A DNA stretch of 64,000 nucleotides from Verrucomicrobiota bacterium (GTDB lineage: Bacteria > Verrucomicrobiota > Verrucomicrobiia > Limisphaerales > UBA11358): NCBI GenBank assembly GCA_050015635.1, contig JBEKBA010000001.1:100978-164977 (forward strand), written 5' to 3'. The notes under the pieces are model-generated. The model saw only the letters and a list, made by a program, of their open reading frames with translations. It did no database searches and was not told the DNA's origin. Shown one piece after another: positions 38,214 to 49,394 of this stretch. Numbering within the stretch: position 1 is the stretch's first letter; the number at the start of each line of letters is the position of its first letter. Both the position numbers and the translations under genes were made by a program.

Positions 38214-38628
38214 AAATAATCCGCCGTTCCATTTCGCTTAAAAATTCAATTTGCACGGACACCGTTTGCAGCGGCAATTCCGCTTTCAGTCGCTCCGCCC
38301 ATTCAATCACCGACACGCCGTCCGGCTGCAAAAAGTCCCCGATGCCCGCCGAAAAAATCTGTTCCCGTGTTTCCAGCCGGTACAAATCCAGATGGAACAA
38401 TCGCCATCGCCCGCCGCCGTATTCATTCACCAGCGTGAACGTGGGCGAATGCACGCGTGCCGTCACGCCCAGTCCGCGCGCAATTCCCTTCACCAATTGC
38501 GTCTTGCCCGCGCCCAGGTCGCCGGACAGCGCGATCACCAGCCCGCGCCGCGCCGCGCGTCCCCAGCGTTCGCCGAGCGATTCCGTTTCCGCCGGACTAT
38601 GCGAAATGAACGTAGCCATTGGCCGCAA
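38194..38628 (-). CDS. tsaE: tRNA t6A37 biosynthesis ATPase TsaE
   Basis: LSGDLGAGKTQLVKGIARGLG...SPTFTLVNEY...HLDLYRL. Confidence 0.85.
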   Translation of the reverse strand: MRPMATFISHSPAETESLGERWGRAARRGLVIALSGDLGAGKTQLVKGIARGLGVTARVHSPTFTLVNEYGGGRWRLFHLDLYRLETREQIFSAGIGDFLQPDGVSVIEWAERLKAELPLQTVSVQIEFLSEMERRIIYDDFGA

Positions 38629-39529
38629 GTCTGTGTGAACCGCTTTTGCCGCGAATTATGACACCCCCGCCGGCGACAATTTTCCCGACACAGCTTAATT
38701 TCAATTTCGGAAATTGTTTTTTCCAGGCGTCGAGCAGTTTCACCGCGTCCCCGCCGGCGACGACAAAAAGCAATTCAAAATCCTCGCCGTCCGTCAGCGC
38801 GGCGGCGAACGCCGGTTTGGCGGTGGAACTTTTCCCGGCCTGCAACTTCGCCGCGCGGGAAATTGGAATCGCGTCTTCCAACAATTCCGCGCCCACGCCG
38901 CCCGCGTTCAAAACGTGGCGCAAATCGCCGGCCAGGCCGTCGCTCAAATCAATCATGGCGTGAACCGGAAAATGTTCGGCCAGCCAGCGCGCTTCAGCCA
39001 GACGCGGTTCAAATTCCAGATGTTTTTCCGCCAGTGAACCGCCGAGTTCGCCGGTCACAAAAACCGCGTCGCCCGCTTTTGCGCCGGAACGCAAAGCGGC
39101 TTTTCCGCGCGGCACAAAACCGAGCAACGCAACGGAAATCAGAATGCGTCCGGGATTCGTCGTCGTTTCGCCGCCGACGATGGCGACTGAGTGTTCGCGC
39201 GCCAGGGCGTTCATGCCGTCATAAATTTTACCGATGAATTCCGGCTCGAATTTTTCCGGCAGCGCAACCGTGACGAGCGCGGCGGTCGGCGTTCCGGCCA
39301 TCGCGGCGATGTCGCTCAGACAGCGTGCCAGCGCCTTGCGCCCGATTTTTTCCGGCGGCGTTTCCTTCGTGAAGTGAAAACCTTCGACGACGGCGTCGGT
39401 TTTGAACAAAAGCAGTTTTTCCGGCAATCCAAAATCCAGCACGGCGCAATCGTCGCCCGCGCCGACCAAAACACTTTGGTTTGCCGGCAGCGATTTCGTC
39501 AGGCGCGCGATGAGTTCAAATTCGTTCAT
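38597..39529 (-). CDS. thiL: Thiamine-monophosphate kinase
   Basis: MNEFELIARL...GAGDDCAVL, DISDGL-type DLSDGLAGDL, AIR-synthase-like fold pattern. Confidence 0.85.
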   Translation of the reverse strand: MNEFELIARLTKSLPANQSVLVGAGDDCAVLDFGLPEKLLLFKTDAVVEGFHFTKETPPEKIGRKALARCLSDIAAMAGTPTAALVTVALPEKFEPEFIGKIYDGMNALAREHSVAIVGGETTTNPGRILISVALLGFVPRGKAALRSGAKAGDAVFVTGELGGSLAEKHLEFEPRLAEARWLAEHFPVHAMIDLSDGLAGDLRHVLNAGGVGAELLEDAIPISRAAKLQAGKSSTAKPAFAAALTDGEDFELLFVVAGGDAVKLLDAWKKQFPKLKLSCVGKIVAGGGVIIRGKSGSHRLAANGYVHFA

Positions 39530-40317
39530 GTCAGATGAAGGAAATGATAAAATTTTTGCAGGAGCTGGTTCAATTGATCTTCAAAATGGAGCACCACGAG
39601 ATTCGCCGCGTTGAACAAACTGTGCGCGGCCACGGGCGCGAGCAGATTGTCGGTTTTTTCATAAAGCCAGGTCAGCGCGAGCGCGAGGGCGAACAGCGGC
39701 AAAAAAATCGCGAGGTCGAAATGAATCAGGGCGAATAACGCGCTGATGCCGAACCAGGCGAGCCGCGGATAGCCAAGCTGCCTGACCAGCGGGAAAAGCA
39801 TTCCGCGAAAAATAAATTCCTCGGCCACGGGCGCGAGCACGACCGTGAACATGCCGAGGTAGATTTCCAGCCAGGGCGACTTCGCCGCCGCCATCAGCGC
39901 CACGGCGGTCTGGTCCGCGGGCGGCCAGCCGAGCCGGGTCAGCGCGGAAGCCGAGACATTTTGCAGCAGCCACGCAATTGGCAAAATAACGATGACAAGG
40001 ATAACGGCCAGGAGCAGCGCACGGTTCAATTTTGGCCCGCGCAAACCGAACGCCTCGCGCCAGCCGAGCTGGTGTTGCCGCAGAAAAATGGGGATTAAAA
40101 CACAGGTCGCGCCTTGAAAACAGAGCGTGCCGAGCACAATGTTGCCGGAATCCTCCGGCGATTTGAAACCGCTGACGCCAATTTTTTGCAGCAGTCCGGC
40201 CGCCGCCATGCCGAGGCAAAGGCACATGAATTGCGCCGCGCAAAACCGGATCACGGCTTCGGCGCGCCAGGGTTTGGCTGATAACATGGGAGAAAAGGTA
40301 TTGGAACCTCCGGCCAT
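39526..40317 (-). CDS. CPBP-family intramembrane glutamic endopeptidase (CAAX protease-like)
   Basis: Motifs EEFIFRG, FALIHF and HSLFNA in a polytopic membrane protein. Start trimmed to MAGGSNTF (40317; alternative 40287), because the track ORF to 40578 would overlap the divergent gene. Confidence 0.75.
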   Translation of the reverse strand: MAGGSNTFSPMLSAKPWRAEAVIRFCAAQFMCLCLGMAAAGLLQKIGVSGFKSPEDSGNIVLGTLCFQGATCVLIPIFLRQHQLGWREAFGLRGPKLNRALLLAVILVIVILPIAWLLQNVSASALTRLGWPPADQTAVALMAAAKSPWLEIYLGMFTVVLAPVAEEFIFRGMLFPLVRQLGYPRLAWFGISALFALIHFDLAIFLPLFALALALTWLYEKTDNLLAPVAAHSLFNAANLVVLHFEDQLNQLLQKFYHFLHLT

Positions 40318-40330
40318 CTGACATGAAAAA

Positions 40331-40400
40331 GTGGGGTCCTTGCGGACTGCCACCACTTGCGGACGGGTAGTGTGACGCTGCACCCGATTACGGATGGCGC
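40331..40400 (+). repeat. Family-A two-hairpin repeat, copy 1 (with internal TTGCGGAC duplication)
   Basis: GTCC TTGC GGAC hairpin at 40336-40347. Second hairpin GTAGTG TGA CGCTGC at 40367-40381. Tail ACCCGATTACGGATGGCGC. Confidence 0.7.
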
Positions 40401-40405
40401 GCGGC

Positions 40406-40458
40406 CAGACACGAATTAACGTGAAAATGGATTTAACCGCAAAGAACGCAGAATTGAC
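40406..40458 (+). repeat. Family-B repeat copy
   Basis: GACACGAATT at 40408-40417, then AACGTGAAAATGGATTTAACCGC. It shares ATTTAACCGC / ATTAAACCGC with the copies at 42559 and 57611. Confidence 0.55.
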
Positions 40459-40491
40459 GCCGTCGGACTTCCCGCGCACACTTAAAATTCC

Positions 40492-42558
<2,067 letters not shown>

Positions 42559-42603
42559 GAGACACAAATTGCACGAATTAACACGGGAAGAAATTAAACC
42601 GCC
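42559..42603 (+). repeat. Family-B repeat copy (GACACAAATT GCACGAATTA ACACGGGAAG AAATTAAACC)
   Basis: Degenerate CACRAATT units in 10-bp register, starting immediately after the stop codon at 42558. Confidence 0.6.
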
Positions 42604-42605
42604 AA

Positions 42606-42640
42606 GGCAGCGTGACGTTGCACCCATTATTAAAATGCGC
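42606..42640 (+). repeat. Family-A repeat, truncated copy 2 (second hairpin plus tail only)
   Basis: GCAGCG TGA CGTTGC, where a G-U wobble replaces G-C, then ACCCATTATTAAAATGCGC. Confidence 0.6.
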
Positions 42641-42714
42641 TTATTGCAGCTGTGCGGCAGTGATGCTGCAGCGGTGCTGCAGAGAGGCTGCGGCAAAAAA
42701 AGGAACAGGAACGA

Positions 42715-42770
42715 CGTGGAAGTCCTTGCGGACGGGCAGCGTGACGCTGCACCCAATAATAAAAAGCGCA
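42715..42770 (+). repeat. Family-A two-hairpin repeat, copy 3 (most canonical)
   Basis: CGTGGAA GTCC TTGC GGAC GG GCAGCG TGA CGCTGC ACCCAATAATAAAAAGCGCA. Confidence 0.75.
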
Positions 42771-42801
42771 TTTACATATTTAGTGACACCAAAAATTAAG
42801 A

Positions 42802-43278
42802 TCAGCCGTTGCGCTCCCGCCGTTCCGGAGGGCCGCCGCGTGATTGCAACTGGCGCAAGGCGCGGAGCAGCGAATCAATTTCGCCCTCGTCGCCGAGTTT
42901 CTGGCGTTCGGCGAGTTCGACCAGTTCCAAAACCTCGTCCATCCGTTCCAGTGTCTGCCGCAACGACTCGACGATTTGCGTGACTTCGGTGACGGCCTGA
43001 CTGATGGCGGAACCTTCCGGTCTGGCGGCGCGCGGGGCGGGAACAGCGGGTTGAAATTTCCGCACCGGCGATGCAGGTGGCACCGGAAGTTCCGGCGCGC
43101 CGACAGGCGGTTTGGTTTGGGCGGGTGATTCTGTTTGCACCGGCTGTTCCGCAGGCAAGGCGGGTGGTGGGGAACGGTGGCGTCCGCGTCCACCGCGATG
43201 TCCGCGACGGCGCCTGACGCCGCCCAAATTTTTCGGTTGGGCGGGCTGAATTGATGTCACCGGCTGTTCCTCTGGCAT
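42802..43278 (-). CDS. Hypothetical protein: Arg/Gly/Pro-rich N-half, helical acidic C-half
   Basis: ATG at 43278. The C-terminal AISQAVTEVTQIVESLRQTLERMDEVLELVELAERQKLGDEGEIDSLLRALRQLQ looks like a real helical domain. Several overlapping ORFs in other frames make the call uncertain. Confidence 0.4.
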   Translation of the reverse strand: MPEEQPVTSIQPAQPKNLGGVRRRRGHRGGRGRHRSPPPALPAEQPVQTESPAQTKPPVGAPELPVPPASPVRKFQPAVPAPRAARPEGSAISQAVTEVTQIVESLRQTLERMDEVLELVELAERQKLGDEGEIDSLLRALRQLQSRGGPPERRERNG

Positions 43279-43334
43279 CCTGAAACGAGCATGACGCGCC
43301 GACCGCCAAACGCAACGGTTTTCTTCGCGCGAAT

Positions 43335-44522
43335 TTATTTTTTCACGAACAAAGCCAGCGACGCGGTGAAGCCATGCAGATAATTTTTTTCGCCGACCGG
43401 ACCGATCTCGCCGTTGGCGTAAAATCCGGCGAGGCCGAGCGGGCCGAATTCATGTTGCACCAGTTCCGCGTCGTGGTTAGGCGTGCCGAAAAGATTCTGG
43501 CCGCGTCCGTTGCAGCAGCAAAGGCAGCCGCCGTAAACGGTTGCGACCCCGAGTTTTTTTTTCGCGCGTTCCAGCAGTTCACTCATGTCCTCGGTGGCCG
43601 CCGCCGCGTCGCGCCGGTGAAATTGCATGGTCTGCCCCGCGCGCGGCAACGCGCCAACCGCCAGCACGCCGGAGTTCGGGTCGCCGCCGATGAGCTGGCG
43701 CACGAGAAAATCGCCGCGCTGAAAATTCTCAAGGTATTCGTTGACGACCAGGCCGATGAAAAGATTGCCCCGCGACTTTTGCTGGTCGGCGGGGGAAAGA
43801 TTTTTCACCGTATCTTCCAGCACGGTATAGGCGGGACGGTTGGCGATTTGATGAATCAAATTTTGTTCGACGCGCGTGAGCGTCCACGTCTCGCCGATGG
43901 GCGTGCAGCCCTGTGAAATGACGCCGGACAATTTCACGTCGCCGCCGACGGAAATCGCGACGCCGCCCTCTTCGAACACGTCGCCATTCAAATAAACCTG
44001 GGTCATCTGGTCGGGAAAAATTCCACTGGCCAGTCCGCCGAACACGGGCAACGGCGCGTAAGCCGCGTTCCACGAACGGATCCAGCTTTCCGAGTCGAGA
44101 TGAAACGGATCAATGAAGACAAGCCAGCCGTTGGAATGCCGCGGTTGAACGCCGGTCTCCAAAGGCCAATACGCCGCGCCATCCGCCTCCCCGACCTGTT
44201 CCTGGGTGAAACGAAAACCTTTCAACTGCGCGCCCGGCAGCGAATAGAGCGCGAGCACAATGCCGGTGGCATTTTCAATTTCGCGCGAACCGGCGACCAG
44301 GCTCGTGCTGGAACAACCCGCGAGCAGCGGGATCCGCGCATGAACGCGCAGGATTTCGAGGGTGGCCCGCACGTGCGGGAAAAATTTTGGCGACGTGAAA
44401 ACGAGGCCGAGCGAAACCGGCCGGGCGCCGAGCTGCGCGCGCAAATTTTCCGCCCACTGGCGCAGGGCGGTTTCATCGAAATTGCCCGGCCAGTAAGCGG
44501 CGATGGAAAATTCGTTGTTCAC
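43335..44522 (-). CDS. FIST-domain (FIST_N plus FIST_C) sensory protein
   Basis: 395 aa. The layout VSLGLVFTSPKFF...LLAGCSSTSLVAG...LYSLPG...GGLASG...GCTPIG is typical of FIST N and C domains as I recall them. Confidence 0.7.
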   Translation of the reverse strand: MNNEFSIAAYWPGNFDETALRQWAENLRAQLGARPVSLGLVFTSPKFFPHVRATLEILRVHARIPLLAGCSSTSLVAGSREIENATGIVLALYSLPGAQLKGFRFTQEQVGEADGAAYWPLETGVQPRHSNGWLVFIDPFHLDSESWIRSWNAAYAPLPVFGGLASGIFPDQMTQVYLNGDVFEEGGVAISVGGDVKLSGVISQGCTPIGETWTLTRVEQNLIHQIANRPAYTVLEDTVKNLSPADQQKSRGNLFIGLVVNEYLENFQRGDFLVRQLIGGDPNSGVLAVGALPRAGQTMQFHRRDAAAATEDMSELLERAKKKLGVATVYGGCLCCCNGRGQNLFGTPNHDAELVQHEFGPLGLAGFYANGEIGPVGEKNYLHGFTASLALFVKK

Positions 44523-44526
44523 AATT

Positions 44527-45831
44527 TTATTTCAGCCACGGCGCAATCTTTTCGTCGCGCCAAATATCCCCGACCGGCTGCCGTTCGCGCACGACGGCGG
44601 CGCGCCGGCCACTGACCAAAACCTCGGCGGCGAGCGGACGGGTGTTGTAATTTGACGCCATGACAAAACCATACGCGCCCGCGCTCAATAACGCGAGAAA
44701 ATCACCTTCGCCGGCTTTCGGCAGCGGCCGGTCCCGGCAGAAAAAATCGCCCGACTCGCAAATCGGCCCGACGACATCCGACGAAATCCATGCGCCGCGT
44801 TTGCGCGTGAGCGGCACGATTTCGTGATAAGCGTCGTAAAACGCCGGGCGAATCAGATCATTCATCGCGGCATCCACGATGACGAAATTTTTTCCGCCGG
44901 TTCGTTTCACGTATTCGACGCGCGTGATCAGGATGCCCGCGTTGCCGGAGATAAAGCGTCCCGGTTCCATCAAAATCCGCAGACCGAGCGGTTTCAAAAG
45001 CGGCAGCAACCGGGCGGCGTATTTTTGGGGCGTCAAAATGTTTTTCGCCGCCGCCGTTCTCCACCAATTTTCCGAGCCGCTGGCGAGCGCGGGCTGATAA
45101 ATGATCCCCAGTCCGCCGCCGATGCTGAAAAATTCCAGCGGGTATTGCTGCTGCAGCCGTTTTACCAGCGGCAAAATCTTGCGCACGGCTTTTTCAAACG
45201 GCGCGATGGTGGTGAGTTGCGAGCCGATGTGCATTTGCACTCCGCGCAAACGAATATTTTTCAATTTGCCGGCGCGGGCATAAACGGCTTCGATCTGCTC
45301 AAAGGCGATGCCGAACTTATTTTCATAAGTGCCGGTCGTGATTTTCGCGTGCGTGAGCGCCTCGATATCCGGATTGACGCGCACGGCGATGGGCGCGATT
45401 TTTTTCAGCCGGGCGGCAATCCGGTTGATGCGTTCCAGTTCCGGCACGCTTTCGACGTTGAACGAATAAATTCCCCGGCTCAAAGCGAATTCGATTTCAG
45501 GTCCGGTTTTGGCCACGCCCGCGAAAACGCATTTTCCCGGGTTGCCACCCGCGGCGATGACGCGCTGCAATTCGCCGCCGCTGACGACGTCGAAACCGCC
45601 ACCGAGATTCGCCAGCACGCGCATCACGGCCAGATTCGAGTTTGCCTTCATGGCGAAACAAATCAGATGGTCAAGCGGCGCGAGCGCGCGGTCCAGCTTT
45701 TGAAAATGCCCGGTGAGCGTACGCTGCGAATAAATGTAAAGCGGCGTGCCGAATTTGCGGGCGAGCGATTCGACGGCGACGCCCTCGCAAAACAATTTTT
45801 TACCGTGGTAACGAAAATCGTGCATGACCAC
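44527..45831 (-). CDS. lysA: Diaminopimelate decarboxylase
   Basis: PLP-lysine context FAMKAN, GGGLGI, EPGRF and CESGD. Confidence 0.9.
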   Translation of the reverse strand: MVMHDFRYHGKKLFCEGVAVESLARKFGTPLYIYSQRTLTGHFQKLDRALAPLDHLICFAMKANSNLAVMRVLANLGGGFDVVSGGELQRVIAAGGNPGKCVFAGVAKTGPEIEFALSRGIYSFNVESVPELERINRIAARLKKIAPIAVRVNPDIEALTHAKITTGTYENKFGIAFEQIEAVYARAGKLKNIRLRGVQMHIGSQLTTIAPFEKAVRKILPLVKRLQQQYPLEFFSIGGGLGIIYQPALASGSENWWRTAAAKNILTPQKYAARLLPLLKPLGLRILMEPGRFISGNAGILITRVEYVKRTGGKNFVIVDAAMNDLIRPAFYDAYHEIVPLTRKRGAWISSDVVGPICESGDFFCRDRPLPKAGEGDFLALLSAGAYGFVMASNYNTRPLAAEVLVSGRRAAVVRERQPVGDIWRDEKIAPWLK

Positions 45832-45869
45832 TGGAGTTTAGAGTCCGGCGTTCAAAGTTCAAGGTTGGC

Positions 45870-45902
45870 AAATAAAAAACCCGCCGGACAAAATCCGGCG
45901 GG
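45870..45902 (-). terminator. Rho-independent terminator of the 45921-46535 gene
   Basis: The minus strand reads CCCGCCGGA TTTTG TCCGGCGGG followed by TTTTTTATTT. The stem is 9 bp and perfect. Confidence 0.8.
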
Positions 45903-45920
45903 CGCGGATCAGTTTGTTTT

Positions 45921-46535
45921 TTACGGCGCGGCCAGAATTTGCGCGCGCTGTTTGAAATATTCCTCCGGCGTGATTTGATCGGCCAAGTATCTCGCGTTCA
46001 GCGCCTCAAGTTGCGCCTGCTTGCCTGCTGAAATCGGCAGCGGCGGCGCTACAATGGGCTGGAAGCCCGGCTCTTTTCCGGCGCCAGACGTACCGGACGT
46101 TTCCGGCGACGGAGTAAACGGAGCCGGCTGGATTTGCGATGCGGCAGGCTGCGCGGCCGTCTCTCCCTGATTCGACCCGGCCATACTTTGCTCAAACGCC
46201 GCTTGCGCGGCGGTTTGGGCTTCGGTGTCCGAAGGCGGCGTTGGCGTGGCGGGTACAAATAAACCTGAACCGCGGGGCGGCGGCGTCATGGCAGGCTGTG
46301 GCGCGGCCGGCGCGGCCATCGCCGGCGCAGGTTGCGGCGGGACGACCACCACGGCATTCGATTCAACCAAGAGATCATTTGTCTGCGGTTGTTGTTGCAC
46401 ATCCAGTTCGCGCATTTTTTGCTCCAACGCCGCGCGCGCGGCGGCCTGCGCCGGACTGTCGTCCGCGCGGACGGAAATGAAACCCGCGCAAACGCCCGCC
46501 GCGCAAACAGCCAAAAGCAACCTGGGAACTCGCAT
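45921..46535 (-). CDS. Secreted Ala/Pro/Gln-rich protein with SHOCT-like C-terminal helix
   Basis: Signal peptide MRVPRLLLAVCAAGVCAGFISVRA. Low-complexity middle. C-terminus LEALNARYLADQITPEEYFKQRAQILA. Confidence 0.55.
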   Translation of the reverse strand: MRVPRLLLAVCAAGVCAGFISVRADDSPAQAAARAALEQKMRELDVQQQPQTNDLLVESNAVVVVPPQPAPAMAAPAAPQPAMTPPPRGSGLFVPATPTPPSDTEAQTAAQAAFEQSMAGSNQGETAAQPAASQIQPAPFTPSPETSGTSGAGKEPGFQPIVAPPLPISAGKQAQLEALNARYLADQITPEEYFKQRAQILAAP

Positions 46536-46550
46536 AATTTTTCCTGTTCT

Positions 46551-47576
46551 TTACGCCAATTTCGCGTCCGACGCAACTGCTTTCCCGCCCGCGGGAAATA
46601 ATTTCCGCCACGCGAACGGCAACGGATAGGCCAGCGTCGAGCGCAATAAAATCCAACGAACTTCGCCGCGCGAAATCTTGATGCGCTGTTGCAGGTCAAA
46701 GACACTGTCGGCACGCAACCGCTCAATCGTCCTGACGCCGATCAAAACCGGCCAGGCGCATGCCAGCCGCACCCGCACCTGCCCGCCCGGCAGCGTGTTC
46801 GTGTAGCACCAGCCCGCCGCCAGCCGGGACTGCGCCTCGTCAAGGTAACGATGGTAGATGGGCAGGAATTTTGACCGGGTCGCGGGCGACAGCAGGATTT
46901 CCGGAAACAAACCCGCCGGTTCCAGTTTTTCCATCGGCAGATAACAGCGGCCTTTTTTCAAATCCGCCGGCAGGTCGCGCAAAACATTCACCAGTTGCAA
47001 ACCTTTCCCGAACCGGATGCCATCGTTGACCAGTTGCGCCTCATCCAGCCGCGCCTTTGGAAACAGATGCGCGCGGCACATTTTTGTCCAGAATTCGCCG
47101 ACGCAGCCGGCCACGCGATAAGTGTAATCTTCTAATTCGGAGGCGGTTTCGAGCGGGACGATTTTCCCGGCGGAAGCATTGGCAAAACGGCGCAAATCCA
47201 GTTCCTGCCCGCTGGTGATGGTCGTGAGAACATCACGGACCAACTTCAGGTCGGCGGGCGAAAGCGTTTGGAGCAACGCCAAACTGTCTTCGACTTTTTC
47301 CAGTAATAATTTTTCCGCGGACGAACCCTGCTGTTGCGCGAGTTCCCCGAAATTCAGCGGAGCGGAATTCTGGCCGAGAACCCGTTCGCGAAGTTTGTGG
47401 AGCGCGTCAAGCCGTTGTGCGATCGGGACGAGTTCGGTGTCGGCGATGGTGTCGGTCGTGCGCGCGAGCAGATACGCGAGGGCGATTTGCGGGCGCACGC
47501 GGGCGGGCAGCACGCGCAACGTCAGATAAAACGAGCGCGAGGTGGCGCGGAGCAGTGACGACATTTCGGAATTCAT
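46551..47576 (-). CDS. Squalene/phytoene synthase family protein (squalene synthase-like)
   Basis: SRSFYLTLRVLP...AYLLARTTDTIAD (first DxxxD-type motif) and LQLVNVLRDLPADLKKGRCYLP resemble SQS-type enzymes. Confidence 0.7.
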   Translation of the reverse strand: MNSEMSSLLRATSRSFYLTLRVLPARVRPQIALAYLLARTTDTIADTELVPIAQRLDALHKLRERVLGQNSAPLNFGELAQQQGSSAEKLLLEKVEDSLALLQTLSPADLKLVRDVLTTITSGQELDLRRFANASAGKIVPLETASELEDYTYRVAGCVGEFWTKMCRAHLFPKARLDEAQLVNDGIRFGKGLQLVNVLRDLPADLKKGRCYLPMEKLEPAGLFPEILLSPATRSKFLPIYHRYLDEAQSRLAAGWCYTNTLPGGQVRVRLACAWPVLIGVRTIERLRADSVFDLQQRIKISRGEVRWILLRSTLAYPLPFAWRKLFPAGGKAVASDAKLA

Positions 47577-47599
47577 TTAGGCAGGTAAAATCTCCCATG

Positions 47600-49000
47600 T
47601 CATGACAACTGCTCCCGCCAGCGCGCGAGTTGCTTCGCGACTTCCTTGGTTCCCGGTGCGCCGGTCAGATTTCGTTTGGCCATGGCGCGTTGCAGATTGA
47701 AGACGCCGGGCGCGTCGCGGCCAAAGGATTTGTCCACGGATTGCAACTCTGCGAGTGAAAGTATATTGAGCGGCTTGCCGGTTTTTTCCGCCAGCGCCAC
47801 GACCGCGCCGACGACGTGATGCGCCTGCCGGAACGGCATTGCTTTTTTGACGAGATAATCCGCGAGGTCGGTCGCCAGCAACTCCGGGTCGCCCGCGGCG
47901 GCGGCGCAGGCAGCGTGATTGATCCTGGTGTTCCGCAACATCGCGGCCATGAGCCGCGTGGTGGCGCGCACGGTGTCGGCGGTGTCGAACAGCCGTTCCT
48001 TGTCCTCCTGCAAATCGCGGTTGTAGGTCATTGGCAGACCTTTCAGCAACGTGAGCAACGAAATCAGGTTGCCGAAGACGCGGCCGGTCTTGCCGCGCGC
48101 GAGTTCGGCGATGTCGGGATTTTTCTTTTGCGGCATGAGCGACGAGCCGGTGGTGTAGGCGTCGGCAATTTTGATGAAATTAAATTCCGCGCTCGTCCAG
48201 AGAATCACGTCTTCCGCGAGCCGGGAGAGATGAACGGCGAGCAGCGCGGCGGCGGCACAAAATTCGACGGCGAAATCGCGGTCGCTCACGGCGTCCATGG
48301 AATTTTGGGTGAGCTGCGGTTTACCGTTAGTGTCCACGAAACCGAGCAATCTGGCGACGAGCGCGCGGTCGAGTGGCAGCGTGGAACCGGCAATCGCGCC
48401 GCTGCCGAGCGGGCAGACGTTCACGCGCGAGCGGCAGTCCCAAAACCGCTCGCAATCACGTTCGAACATCTCGACGTAGGCGAGCAGATGATGCGCGAGA
48501 TAAACGGGTTGTGCGCGTTGCAGATGCGTGTAGCCGGGAATAAGGACGCCGGCATTTTTCGCGCCGAGCGAAACGAGCGCGCGTTGCAATCCGACGATTA
48601 CACCGAGCAGCAATGTGATTTCATCACGCAGCCAGAGGCGCACGTCGAGCGCGACCTGGTCATTGCGCGAGCGGGCGGTGTGCAGTTTTGCGCCCGCCGG
48701 GACGCGCCTGGTCAATTCGGCCTCGAGGTTCATGTGGACGTCTTCGAGTTCGGGCTTCCACTTGAATTTGCCGGCTTTGATTTCTTTTCCGATTTGGTCG
48801 AGGCCGCGAATGATGGCGTGCAATTCTTTTTTTGAGAGCACGCCGATTTTCTCGAGCATGGCGGCGTGGGCGAGCGAGCCGAGAATATCATGCCACCAGA
48901 GCCGGCGGTCGAAGGAAATGGATTCGGTAAATTGCGCGACGTCCGCGTCCGGGTCATTTGCAAAACGCCCGCTGCGGGAGACCGGAGAGTTTTTTTTCAT
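47600..49000 (-). CDS. argH: Argininosuccinate lyase
   Basis: Fumarate-lyase signature TGSSLMPQKKNPD. N-terminus FDRRLWWHDILGSLAHAAML. Start trimmed to MKKNSPV (ATG 49000). Confidence 0.9.
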   Translation of the reverse strand: MKKNSPVSRSGRFANDPDADVAQFTESISFDRRLWWHDILGSLAHAAMLEKIGVLSKKELHAIIRGLDQIGKEIKAGKFKWKPELEDVHMNLEAELTRRVPAGAKLHTARSRNDQVALDVRLWLRDEITLLLGVIVGLQRALVSLGAKNAGVLIPGYTHLQRAQPVYLAHHLLAYVEMFERDCERFWDCRSRVNVCPLGSGAIAGSTLPLDRALVARLLGFVDTNGKPQLTQNSMDAVSDRDFAVEFCAAAALLAVHLSRLAEDVILWTSAEFNFIKIADAYTTGSSLMPQKKNPDIAELARGKTGRVFGNLISLLTLLKGLPMTYNRDLQEDKERLFDTADTVRATTRLMAAMLRNTRINHAACAAAAGDPELLATDLADYLVKKAMPFRQAHHVVGAVVALAEKTGKPLNILSLAELQSVDKSFGRDAPGVFNLQRAMAKRNLTGAPGTKEVAKQLARWREQLS

Positions 49001-49128
49001 GCGTTTCAACGGATGAAATTTGCGCTGAATCTGCGGGAAAGTCACTGTCAAACATTGGCTAAAAGCGGCTTTGGCAGAGGCATTAACATTAATTTGAATT
49101 TTGGCACGGGACTTTCTGTCTAAAAGAC

Positions 49129-49356
49129 ATGATCACAATCAGCGAATTGAAATTCGCGTGTCCGGTGTGTGAACAGCACATCGCGTGTGACCCGGCCCTG
49201 GGCGGTTTGCAGATGGAGTGCCCGACCTGCTTTCGTCAAATCATCATTCCGAAAGCGCCCACCGGGGCCACTACCACACTTATTTTGCAGGCGAAGCAAG
49301 CCCGTGGTCAGCGCCCTTTCGTGCAAATCAAAATGACGGACTCCAAGTTCCGTTGA
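49129..49356 (+). CDS. Small zinc-ribbon protein
   Basis: 75 aa. KFACPVCEQHI...MECPTCFRQIIIP provides two CxxC pairs. It lies immediately upstream of the CinA-like gene. Confidence 0.45.
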   Translation: MITISELKFACPVCEQHIACDPALGGLQMECPTCFRQIIIPKAPTGATTTLILQAKQARGQRPFVQIKMTDSKFR

Positions 49357-49394
49357 CAAAGCGAACTGGTTTTCTCCGGCAGCCCGGTTAATCT

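Noticed and set aside
45921-46726. Multiple overlapping ORFs in all frames across the Ala/Pro-rich gene and the start of the squalene-synthase-like gene (46049-46258, 46139-46480, 46225-46629, 46286-46726, and others).
   Set aside because: The low-complexity GC-rich sequence keeps several frames open. Only the frame with a signal peptide, followed by a strong terminator (45870-45902), is supported.
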